From positions 1-64,000 of the IMG/VR virus record IMGVR_UViG_2791354873_000003: a DNA stretch of 64,000 nucleotides; one strand, written 5' to 3'. The stretch comes from a virus (Duplodnaviria; Caudoviricetes). Made by a program: the position numbers and the translations under genes. Shown here piece after piece: positions 54,901-62,824 of this stretch (the first letter of the stretch is position 1; the number at the start of each line of letters is the position of its first letter). The notes below the pieces were generated by a model. That model did no database searches. It was given only the letters and a program-made list of their open reading frames with translations, and was not told where the DNA came from.

Positions 54901-55251
54901 TCAGTAGCAGCCGTAGCTATTGCAGGTCGAGTGATAGGCGTTTCCGCGGGAGTCCACACCACTGTTGATAACGGTGTTGCCTATCCGCTGACTGGTTCCG
55001 TTCCAGGAATTCCCATTGGCAGAAGCACCATTATGGAAGGTGGTATTTCCGATGGTGGTGCTGTGCTGGTTCCATGACGAGCCAGTGCCAGCATTGAACC
55101 CTTGCACATTGGTGGTGTTGCCGAATCGCTGAACGTTATAACTGTTCCCGCTGTTATCGGTACATGTCTGAAACGAGCCGCTACCGAAGCAGCCTGCGAA
55201 TGCAGCAGGAGAGAGGGCGATCAATCCGAGTACCGCAGCAAGCCTTTTCAT
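54901..55251 (-). CDS. Exported Gly/Asn/Ser/Thr-rich repeat protein (moron)
   Basis: Signal peptide ending AFA; repeated GNTT/GNSW units; two Cys at each end. Confidence 0.85.
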   Translation of the reverse strand: MKRLAAVLGLIALSPAAFAGCFGSGSFQTCTDNSGNSYNVQRFGNTTNVQGFNAGTGSSWNQHSTTIGNTTFHNGASANGNSWNGTSQRIGNTVINSGVDSRGNAYHSTCNSYGCY

Positions 55252-55550
55252 GGTGACAGCTCCAAGTCAGTGATGGCGCGCAAGCATAGTGCTTTCGATA
55301 TCACGATGCCATGCCCTCAAATGACTAGCGGATGGATGGCAATTGGGCTGAAAATCGATTCCAAAACCGAAACGACGACCTTTGCAGTATGCGGCCTGTA
55401 GCCGTGCCGTTTCGTCTTTGTTCTGGAATCGATTTCGCAGCTGACACCTTAAGGATTGGGCGTTTGTAGCACGGTCTTGAAAACCGTTGAGCTAAACCGA
55501 CGCTTTTGCCCAGGATCTGCTGGACAACTTGAGGTCGGCTTCCCGCGAAA

Positions 55551-55574
55551 GGCCGCTTTCGACCCATTGCAGCC
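55551..55574 (+). repeat. 24-bp mismatch-hairpin element, left of DUF4062
   Basis: GGCCGCTTTCGACCCATTGCAGCC; 19/24 identical to the reverse complement of 56933-56956. Confidence 0.6.
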
Positions 55575-55667
55575 CGTCGCATTCGCGATGGCTCCCCCCA
55601 AGCTGCGAGTTGACGGTAGTAGACTTGAGCTTTTATATTGATCCACTCAGCAAAATATGGTTTCGAG

Positions 55668-56726
55668 TTATAAGAGGTTTTCCTTTGTCAACCGCGGCCT
55701 GCGAATCGCACGCAACCTGGTCATAACGGTGTCACCATAAGGTGTCAGGGTCCAATAGGTCGCGGTGTCTTTCACACTTCTGTTCTTGCTGCTCTGAGTG
55801 ATAAGGCCGACGGCCCGCAACTGCACCTTGATGGTTTGGTAATCATCAGGAGAGACTTTGAAGCTTATTAGGTTTAAGCTCTCTAGATCTTTATCGTCCT
55901 TATATTCTTCAGTCGCGAGTTCCTTGATCATTGAGGTGAGGGCTTGAACCAGCGTTGAGTCCTTGGCCTCATCGATCATGTGTGGCGAAAGAGCGAAGAA
56001 TATTTCGTCCCATTCGACAGAAAGAGCAGCCTCATACCCAATGCCGTCATGATCCCACTTCGTCGGCGATGCAACAAAGGTGTAAGCGATATCGAACTTG
56101 TCTGCGCCCTGTGCTAACTCCGCCGCACCCTCTGGCGGAGTAACTCGTGCGGACTGGATTTCATACTCCAATTCTTCGATTCGCCGGCGCAGAGTAAGCA
56201 TTTCCTCTAGGGCGCCCTCATTCGGAACTTGATCGCCGCGAACCCAGCCGATTGCCGGGTGACTCTTGATGAGCTTTATAAGACTGCGACTGACCTGGCT
56301 GCCCAGGTCTGATGGACTGACCCAGAATCGGCACATTTTCCTCTGCGCCAATTCACGGAAGGCCATTAGCTTTTCTCTGCCAGCTTCCGTCTGCTCGCAT
56401 TTGTCTGCGACAAGCGAGCCGGGCTCACGATGAACGAAGCCAATTACCGGCTTACCAATTTCCGTTGCATAGCGATATTCCATCTCTGTGTAGCTCAAGC
56501 CGTTTGGCCCCACAGAGCCGTATCGTCCTGCCAGTACGACGATGTAGTAATCACAGTCGTCGATGACTTTTTTGATGAGGCTCCACTGGTCCTCGTTGGC
56601 CGCTGGAAATAGCTCCATTCCCGAGGGTATGCAATCTAGCTCAAGCAGTGCCTGCATGACTTCTTGCCGTTCTTCTTGCAAGTCGAGAAAGGTCGAGCTT
56701 ACGAAAACCTGGTACCTCTTATCCAC
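55668..56726 (-). CDS. DUF4062 (TIR/STIR-like) domain protein; GTG start (TTG at 56732 alternative)
   Basis: YQVFVSSTF.DL.EER, GME.FPA, CDYYI...AGRYGS, SYTEMEY.YA motifs. Confidence 0.92.
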   Translation of the reverse strand: MDKRYQVFVSSTFLDLQEERQEVMQALLELDCIPSGMELFPAANEDQWSLIKKVIDDCDYYIVVLAGRYGSVGPNGLSYTEMEYRYATEIGKPVIGFVHREPGSLVADKCEQTEAGREKLMAFRELAQRKMCRFWVSPSDLGSQVSRSLIKLIKSHPAIGWVRGDQVPNEGALEEMLTLRRRIEELEYEIQSARVTPPEGAAELAQGADKFDIAYTFVASPTKWDHDGIGYEAALSVEWDEIFFALSPHMIDEAKDSTLVQALTSMIKELATEEYKDDKDLESLNLISFKVSPDDYQTIKVQLRAVGLITQSSKNRSVKDTATYWTLTPYGDTVMTRLRAIRRPRLTKENLL

Positions 56727-56932
56727 ATGCAATCCCTCTCTTCGTGCGACTTTTAGTCTTAACCGTACTACCTAGATGCGTCATGCGAGCTAATCTAGCG
56801 CGTGTCTATCACGTCTGTCTCCCCTTAAGCCACGCTACAGGCACCGTTTCGGATTTTCTGCGCGAATATACGGGCTCAAGCCTCCTCACCATTCATGGAA
56901 GGGAGAACTAGGTCAGAGTATTGATGCTAATG

Positions 56933-56956
56933 GGCAGCTGTGGGTCGATAGCAGCC
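56933..56956 (-). repeat. 24-bp mismatch-hairpin element, right of DUF4062 (inverted)
   Basis: Minus strand GGCTGCTATCGACCCACAGCTGCC. Confidence 0.6.
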
Positions 56957-57031
56957 GTTGAATCAGGCGGAGCATGCGCCGGGAACGACCTATGTTATAC
57001 CGGATCGGCATCATGGTCGGATGAAAGCCAT

Positions 57032-57090
57032 CGGACCAATTCGCGAACCAACTCATGCGTATGGGTGGGGGAGTGAGAGGAGTTTGGCCC
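57032..57090. repeat. Putative integrase arm sites (P' arm)
   Basis: CGGACCAAT (57032), CGAACCAAC (57044) and a degenerate inverted copy near 57081-57090. Confidence 0.55.
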
Positions 57091-57134
57091 AGCAAAATCT
57101 ACACATCCCCACCTGCTAAACCCCATGGCATAGC

Positions 57135-57162
57135 GCATGGTGATGTTTGCTGTGGAGATCAA
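57135..57162 (-). other. Predicted attR core: duplicated 5' end of an ABC-F (YbiT-type) ATPase gene
   Basis: TTG ATC TCC ACA GCA AAC ATC ACC ATG C = (M)ISTANITM, the recalled Pseudomonas YbiT N-terminus; diverges afterwards; AGGA SD upstream. Confidence 0.75.
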
Positions 57163-57194
57163 GTGCTTGTCCTGCGGGGGTTCCAGAGGTGTAT

Positions 57195-57530
57195 TTAGGC
57201 CCTCTCGTCAGTTCTGGGCCAATTTTGGGCCATTTCGACTCGGGGCGGCAGCTTCTCCAGCTCCCTCCAGTCCAAGGAGGAGCTGATCCATTTCGCGTAG
57301 GTAGAGAGCTACATCTCGACGCTGTAGCCGAGCTGGCTCGCGATGAACGCGGGGTTCATCCCAGACATCAGGCACATGGTTGCGTAGGTGTGGCGGGTGT
57401 CGTACTGACGGCGTTCACGGATGTTCAGCGCCTTCAGCGCCGATTTGAAGTGGCGGATTGTAACACTTGGCTCGTTGATCCACAGCCCACCTTCGCTAGG
57501 TTGGAACACGAAGGGACTGGTTGGTGCTGA
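57195..57530 (-). pseudogene. Integrase C-terminal fragment with in-frame stop
   Basis: RRQYDTRHTYATMCL.SG.NPAFIA.QLG.SVEM* then LSTYAKWI; arm repeats GGGCCA at 57217-57232. Confidence 0.9.
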
Positions 57531-57905
57531 CCAGCACTTGGGCTTCGTTTCACTTGAAGATCAGGATTCCCTCAGGTTCCAGTACACGGAAACGCTCGGC
57601 AAAGCCTTGGGGGATATCCTCCCGCCATTCACTGGTGAGCACTCTGTACATTGCCCGCATCCAGCGAGCCACGTCGGCCCGGGTCAGATGCGGCGGATCG
57701 AACACGACCCAGCGCAAAGCGGCGTCCCCAAGGGCAGACTCCGAAAGTCCATCAGCACATCTGGCTCAACCTTCAGTATCCGGCTGTCGCATCGCTGGTG
57801 TTCGTCGTCGCGGATGTCGCCGAACAGGGCGCGCTGGTCTTCCTTGTCGAACCACATCATGCGGCGGGCACTGCATGTGTCGAGCACTTCAACCGCTGCG
57901 CTCAT
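57530..57905 (-). pseudogene. Phage SAM-dependent DNA methyltransferase relic, fused to the int fragment by deletion
   Basis: VLD.CS..RMMWFDK...ALFGDIR; VFDPPH in a shifted frame; LIFK* stop. Confidence 0.8.
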
Positions 57906-58178
57906 CGCGGCCCCCTGCAAATCAGGTAGGCCATGTACATCAGGGCTAGGGTCATAGAAGGTGTCCTCCGGCATACCGCAGGGCGTCACGATCTTGTCGA
58001 AGCTAATCGCGCGCTTTGATCAGGCCTTGATTGCGGTTGAAATGTTGCGGTGCTCCAACTCGAGGGTAATGGCAACGCATATAATGCGTCAGGATCACCT
58101 CGCCCGGCTTCTGGCCGAGCCAAACCCGCCTGGAACGGCATCACGCCGGCCGGGCTATGACTCAGGGAAATGAGACCA

Positions 58179-58649
58179 ATGAAGACCGTTACCAAGGCCG
58201 GTATCGCTGGCGCGGTGCTGGCAGTAGTAGGCGCAGCCCACGCCGAGCTGCACGGGGAAGAAGCAGAGATTGCAGCACGGGATGCAGCGGTGCGTCAGTA
58301 CGCGGCGAAGCTTGAGGCCGATTGGCAGCAGTGCTTGAGAAAGCCGGAGACCAAAACCACCCATGATTCAGCTCATTGCGCATATGAAATGCGGGAGGCG
58401 GCCAAGGACGCGGTGGAAGAGAAGTACCAGAAGGCCCTGGCCACCGCAAAGGGGTATGTCGATGAAGGCTCGCTCCCGAAAAATGTACCGGCCATGATGC
58501 CCCAGGCGCAGGCAGCGTGGGAGAAGTTCGTAGAGGCAGATTGCGACGTGGTAGGTGCTCTCGTCACTGGGACCGCGAGTTCTACCTATCAGATAGTGTG
58601 CGAGTACAAGCACCAGATACAACGTCTCCACGACTTGGACGAATGGTGA
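58179..58649 (+). CDS. LprI/DUF1311-like exported protein (lysozyme-inhibitor family)
   Basis: Signal peptide; four Cys; AQ.AW.KF..ADC motif. Confidence 0.75.
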   Translation: MKTVTKAGIAGAVLAVVGAAHAELHGEEAEIAARDAAVRQYAAKLEADWQQCLRKPETKTTHDSAHCAYEMREAAKDAVEEKYQKALATAKGYVDEGSLPKNVPAMMPQAQAAWEKFVEADCDVVGALVTGTASSTYQIVCEYKHQIQRLHDLDEW

Positions 58650-58664
58650 TTTTGATGGTGTTTG

Positions 58665-58894
58665 ATAGGCGCAGGTCGTCGTAGTCGGGGCAGTCGCTCG
58701 ATTTCGAAGCTTCGATGATTTCTCCCAAAGATCTCATGGCTTGACTCCAGCGGCCAGGGCCTCAGCCTCCAGTGGGGTGTACGCCACGCCATCCAACGCG
58801 CTGCCTCGTGGTATTTGGCGGGGTTCTGCCACTGGCCCACGTCCTTGACGATCTGCCTCAGCAGCCAGCCTTCTGCTTCGATCCGGTCGGTCAT
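58665..58894 (-). pseudogene. Truncated early-left phage gene relics
   Basis: MTDRIEAEGW... followed by a coupled MRSLGEIIE..KS...PDYDDLRL start (58737) that degenerates at the LprI gene. Confidence 0.4.
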
Positions 58895-58896
58895 GT

Positions 58897-59031
58897 CTAG
58901 CCCCAGTAGCCAAGGCCTTCGTCAATAGCATCATGCGGATGCCAGGCGCCGAACGTCTTATGCAGAGAGTCGGCCATCTTCCAACTAGCCCACCCTATGA
59001 CAGCCTTCAAGAAATCTCGAATTTTCCTCAC
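58897..59031 (-). CDS. 44-aa phage peptide (GTG start, not in ORF track)
   Basis: GTGA coupling to the upstream stop. Confidence 0.4.
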   Translation of the reverse strand: MRKIRDFLKAVIGWASWKMADSLHKTFGAWHPHDAIDEGLGYWG

Positions 59032-59309
59032 AACTCATACCTCTCATCAATCCAGCGCCCAGGCGCCAGAGCAGGTGGAGGTTCGGGTTGGGTTTCGTGC
59101 TGGGAGAGCTGGCGCTGATTGCTGGCCTGCGGCTGGCTGTCGGAAATGCAGCTGATGCCGCCGTAGAATACGTAGCAGGTAACGCCGCGCTCCTCGTCGT
59201 GCACACAATTGCCGCCCCTGTCGATGTTCCCGAATGCCTCGACATGAAAGGTTTGCCCGGCGCTTGCGCCTGTGGCCAACAGCAGGAGGCAGGAGGCGAG
59301 GCGGGTCAT
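59028..59309 (-). CDS. Small exported protein, paralog of 2617-2868
   Basis: Shared N- and C-termini, e.g. ALAPGRWIDERYEL. Confidence 0.8.
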   Translation of the reverse strand: MTRLASCLLLLATGASAGQTFHVEAFGNIDRGGNCVHDEERGVTCYVFYGGISCISDSQPQASNQRQLSQHETQPEPPPALAPGRWIDERYEL

Positions 59310-59483
59310 TCGCTCACTTCATCAACGGGCACCACCGTGCCGCCGTTTGTGCGCTGGGCCTACGGATTTCTTGGCCGCCATATCTCGGCACTGATGCGTA
59401 AATACACCATTAAAAATGCGTCAGGCATATATACTAGCCGGACAAGTAATTAAGATAATTCAAATTTCAAGAGAGATAGCCAC

Positions 59484-59984
59484 GTGCGCAAAACATACCT
59501 AAGCCTGATCGTAGGCGTTGCTGCCACACTTCTGATTCACGGCGCCCTAAAGAGGAAAGAGGAAAATTACGGGGGATCTTGCGATTCAATTGATGATGGA
59601 AGGTACGTGCCTGAGGTAACTGGCAAGGCAGCGGCATCATTGTTTGAGGTTAGGCGACGCCTATACGCAGCTGCAATCGCGGTGTTTATTTCATTCGCTT
59701 GGAGTATCGCGTGGTGGTTTGAGGGAGACGCTGCGCAATTTTCACGGTCGGGATCTGTTGTAACTGTATTTGCCCTTCTTGGCGAATCGCTTTTGGGCGA
59801 GGGTGTGAGCAGACTCAACAGGCAGATGCGAAGATCGCATGGCAGTTACTACACATTGTGGCGCGCTGTTTGCGCCATCGCGGCAGTCTTGGGAACGCTG
59901 GTCTGGGGTTACGGTGATCTGTTACATGCCAACCTGATGCCGGAGCCTGTGCCTCAGCCTCAAATTTGCATGCAAACCAATTGA
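59484..59984 (+). CDS. Multi-TM hypothetical protein (moron)
   Basis: GTG start after an AT-rich promoter-like region; FSRSGSVVTVFALL motif. Confidence 0.65.
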   Translation: MRKTYLSLIVGVAATLLIHGALKRKEENYGGSCDSIDDGRYVPEVTGKAAASLFEVRRRLYAAAIAVFISFAWSIAWWFEGDAAQFSRSGSVVTVFALLGESLLGEGVSRLNRQMRRSHGSYYTLWRAVCAIAAVLGTLVWGYGDLLHANLMPEPVPQPQICMQTN

Positions 59985-60140
59985 AGCAGAGGCTTCTCTA
60001 AGCTGGCTGTTCGCTGGGCACGAGGGGGAACCGAGCCGCTAGTATTGTTTCATGTGGGGCGGGTCAGGCTTTATCGACATAGCGCAGCAGTGAATAGGGA
60101 GAAAGGGGTTATAGCGGAGCGTAGTACATTTGTACTCCTA

Positions 60141-60560
60141 TTAGACTTTCAGCGTATTACCTGCCTTCGCCAGCTCGGCTGTTACACGCTGACGCCAATC
60201 CGCGCCGTGCCTAAAGGAGTGCCCGAGAGGCCAGTGAATCACGACGGCCCGCTTGACTTCGGCATTGGGTGCGATCGTGAGCCCCATGATACGTTGAGCC
60301 TTGGCGATGTGGTGGCAAGTAAGGTTCGGGCGTCCGAGGATTTCGCGAAGGTCGCTGCTGAGCGCTGGAATGATTGTGGTGTTCCAGTCAGCTAGCTTGG
60401 TGTGCAGTTCCAAATTCTCGGCCCGAATACATCTATCCTGGATGTCAGCGTCATCGTGGATCGTCAATGCCAGCTGCAGCTCTGCGATTTCCAGCAGCTG
60501 ATTGATGTCGGCGCTATCGACATAGGTCCAGCCCAACAATCGGCAGCCCAGCCTGCTCAA
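60141..60560 (-). pseudogene. Degenerate phage hypothetical gene
   Basis: ILGRPN.TC.HIA...and HGADWR motifs recalled from Pseudomonas phage proteins; poor start. Confidence 0.45.
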
Positions 60561-61043
60561 GGTTACCTATACCTAAAGGTGAGGTGTTTCCTAGCATGAC
60601 TAGATCACAAAGTGTTGCGTACTTGGCTGAGCTGAAAAGACCACCGTTGCAGTCGATGATCTTTAGTGATGGTGAGGTCTATCGGTGATCTGCCTGGAAA
60701 AATGATACTGATAGTTTCCCCAGTTGCGTTTATACTTACGGTGTTACAATTAGGTCAGATATCTTGGGTCGAATTTGGTCGAAGACTTCGATCGGTGAAG
60801 CACTTTTGAGTACGCAGAAGCTTACGTAAAAGGAATGTGCCTGCAGCGAAGTAAAGAGGATATGGAGGCTAGTTATAATTAAACCCACATGGAGGCGTTT
60901 TCACCTCCTTCAAAGAATTCGGTTGGACATGAAAGCGTTCATGTTTTGAGTACGGCAGGTGGTGGCTACTGGCTCAGCGCCATGCTTTGCGGCGATTGGC
61001 GATTTTTGATGTAATGCCCGACCATCTCACAGGAAGGAACCTT

Positions 61044-61211
61044 ATGAAGCACACCATGATTGGCGCAATTCTCGTCGCCGTTACTGCGCTGTTGCTGAGC
61101 GGCTGCTTTGGCTCAACAGAAGAGCAAAAAGCAAAGGCGCAGCAGGAATCCAGCGACAGGCTATGGGACATCCCACCTCCGAAGTCACCAGATAAGGGTT
61201 TCAAGCCCTGA
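61044..61211 (+). CDS. 55-aa lipoprotein
   Basis: Lipobox LSGC; AAGGA SD; terminator at 61227-61252. Confidence 0.8.
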   Translation: MKHTMIGAILVAVTALLLSGCFGSTEEQKAKAQQESSDRLWDIPPPKSPDKGFKP

Positions 61212-61226
61212 TGGGGAATTTCTAAT

Positions 61227-61252
61227 GCCGCCTATCTCTAGGCGGCGTTTTT
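61227..61252 (+). terminator. Rho-independent terminator
   Basis: GCCGCCTA-TCTC-TAGGCGGC followed by GTTTTT. Confidence 0.8.
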
Positions 61253-61339
61253 CGTTTGGGTGCTGGCGGGCAGCGCCGCAGGGTTAGGCGGCAGCGCGAA
61301 CTACGAAGCTCAGGATGGCAGTGGCGTCGTCGTTGAAAC

Positions 61340-61548
61340 ACTCGGCCAGGTTTTGATACGTCCGATACTTCGAGTTTTTCCAGCTTGCTCCAGTCGGAGC
61401 TTGGGTTGAGCCAACGGCATAGGTCGATATCAGCATGTAAACGCTGTGACCCAGCTGTTGGGCTATGAATGCGGGACTTAGAACAGAGGCAGTCGGCGTA
61501 TGGCCTGGCGAACTGGATAGCACGCAAAGCCTGATCGTTCAGCAGCAC
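61340..61548 (-). pseudogene. Third integrase fragment with internal deletion and frameshifts
   Basis: LLND.AL.A..FA..YA joined to L.PAFIAQQLGHSV.ML.STY and W.N.SSDW..LEKL, matching the C-terminus of int at 1-1194. Confidence 0.85.
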
Positions 61549-61635
61549 ACAAGTCCCTTTCTGTCTTCGTTCCTTCCTCTATCTTGCTTAGGGCGACTCT
61601 CCTTATGACTTGCTGCATCCTCTTCTGCAGATTGA

Positions 61636-61776
61636 TCACATCCCATCGGCTGGCATGACGTCTATCGGTACATTAGCTACGTCTTTAATCTTACTGCGCT
61701 GCGAGAGGGCGAGAGTCGCAAAGAATGCGCCATCTGACTGAAGTGCAGCGCACACGCCGACCTCGTGGGAAGTCAT
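61636..61776 (-). CDS. 46-aa ORF behind leader copy 2 (possibly degenerate)
   Basis: Same position and orientation as 40781-41008 relative to the element. Confidence 0.35.
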   Translation of the reverse strand: MTSHEVGVCAALQSDGAFFATLALSQRSKIKDVANVPIDVMPADGM

Positions 61777-61817
61777 TGCGTGTTGCTCGCTCCAGTTGAT
61801 CCTCCTTGAGCATCCAA

Positions 61818-61886
61818 GCCCAACTCCATGGGCTTTCCGGCAACGGACCGGGGCGGGTCGTTGGGAGACAACGCTACGACGGCATG
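61818..61886 (-). promoter_or_regulatory. Conserved promoter plus structured leader element, copy 2
   Basis: See 41028-41098. Confidence 0.55.
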
Positions 61887-61999
61887 AGGCCGTACGGTTA
61901 CGGGTGATGCGTCCAGGGGGATAGGTGGTCATCCTTGGAAGTCTGTGCAGGATTGCCTTAGAGTTTGCGCTTTACTCAAGCCTTCAAAGGAATGACTCC

Positions 62000-62305
62000 A
62001 TGGTCACCTGCCATGTTCGTTATGTGATTGATCCCTACCAGCTTCCCGCTTTTGAGGCGTATTCCCGTCACTGGATCGCTCTGGTCGAGCGCATGGGAGG
62101 CCAGCACCATGGCTATTTCCTGCCTTCTGAGGGGGCGAGCAATGTCGCCTATTGCCTGTTCAGCTTCGAGAGCCTTGCTGCCTATGAGCAGTATCGACAG
62201 CAGGCGGCAGGCGATTCGGCATGTATGGAATTGGTCAAGGAGGCCAGCGACAGGAAATTCATTCTGAGTTACGAGCGAAGCTTCTTGCGCCCAGTGTTCA
62301 AGTAG
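62000..62305 (+). CDS. NIPSNAP-family protein
   Basis: Y.IDP.QL.AFE.Y...W, GG.HHGYFLP.EGA.N.A..LFSF.SLAAYE.Y, YERSFLRP. Confidence 0.88.
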   Translation: MVTCHVRYVIDPYQLPAFEAYSRHWIALVERMGGQHHGYFLPSEGASNVAYCLFSFESLAAYEQYRQQAAGDSACMELVKEASDRKFILSYERSFLRPVFK

Positions 62306-62325
62306 TAAGCAGATTTCCTTGTATC

Positions 62326-62349
62326 AGCCCAGCTCTGTTCTGGGCTTTT
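62326..62349 (+). terminator. Rho-independent terminator, twin of 41509-41533
   Basis: AGCCCAG-N7-CTGGGCT followed by TTT. Confidence 0.7.
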
Positions 62350-62411
62350 CGCATCTGGGCAGGGCCACGCCGCCTTGTGGTGGATTCCCGGCATCATCAA
62401 GGAGGGATCAA

Positions 62412-62762
62412 ATTCGAATCTTGATCGGGGCAATGGGTTTGGCTTTGCTAGCGGGATGCATGGCTCCAACCATGAATGAAGCTCGTCAGGCTGGTCCCTA
62501 TAAAGTTCTGAGATCGACCAAAACTGACGCCGCGCTGGCGAAGTGTGTCCAATACGAATGGCAAAATCAGCCGATTTTTGGTGGAACACCTGGCGCCACT
62601 CTTCAAGCAGGCCGCGATGTCGGCTATACCGTCTTCACGCAAGTATCAGAGTATTTCGTAGACATCCAGCCAGCACCGAGTGGGTCTGAAGCAAAGTACT
62701 ACGTGGTGCTGGGGAACTGGATCGCAAAAAAGCGCCTGTCAGCATTGCAAGGCTGTCTGTAG
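62412..62762 (+). CDS. Lipoprotein with ATT at the start position (non-canonical start or mutated ATG)
   Basis: AAGGAGG SD; (I)RILIGAMGLALLAGC aligns with MRILIGALGLAFLAGC at 41595. Confidence 0.6.
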   Translation: MRILIGAMGLALLAGCMAPTMNEARQAGPYKVLRSTKTDAALAKCVQYEWQNQPIFGGTPGATLQAGRDVGYTVFTQVSEYFVDIQPAPSGSEAKYYVVLGNWIAKKRLSALQGCL

Positions 62763-62824
62763 CGGTTCCGTCGAGCGCGCAGATGCCGGGCTGATACGGT
62801 CTCGACTTTCAGGAGATAGAAAAT

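Larger units (their letters stand above)
1..57162. mobile_element. Lambdoid (siphovirus-type) temperate prophage, apparently intact; left att core predicted just outside the window
   Basis: Complete colinear module set int-xis, recombination, cI/cro/cII, replication, nin, Q, holin, terminase, head, tail, endolysin/spanins. Integrase arm-type repeats at 23-42 recur at 57032-57052, next to the att-like core at 57135-57162. Confidence 0.9.

Noticed and set aside
60560-61020. AT-rich stretch as a hidden gene or ncRNA
   Set aside because: Only short broken frames, with no convincing repeats or stems; possibly a decayed gene, but unsupported.
60900-61340. Second att core next to integrase relic 3
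   Set aside because: No ISTANITM-type sequence found by eye; probably deleted.
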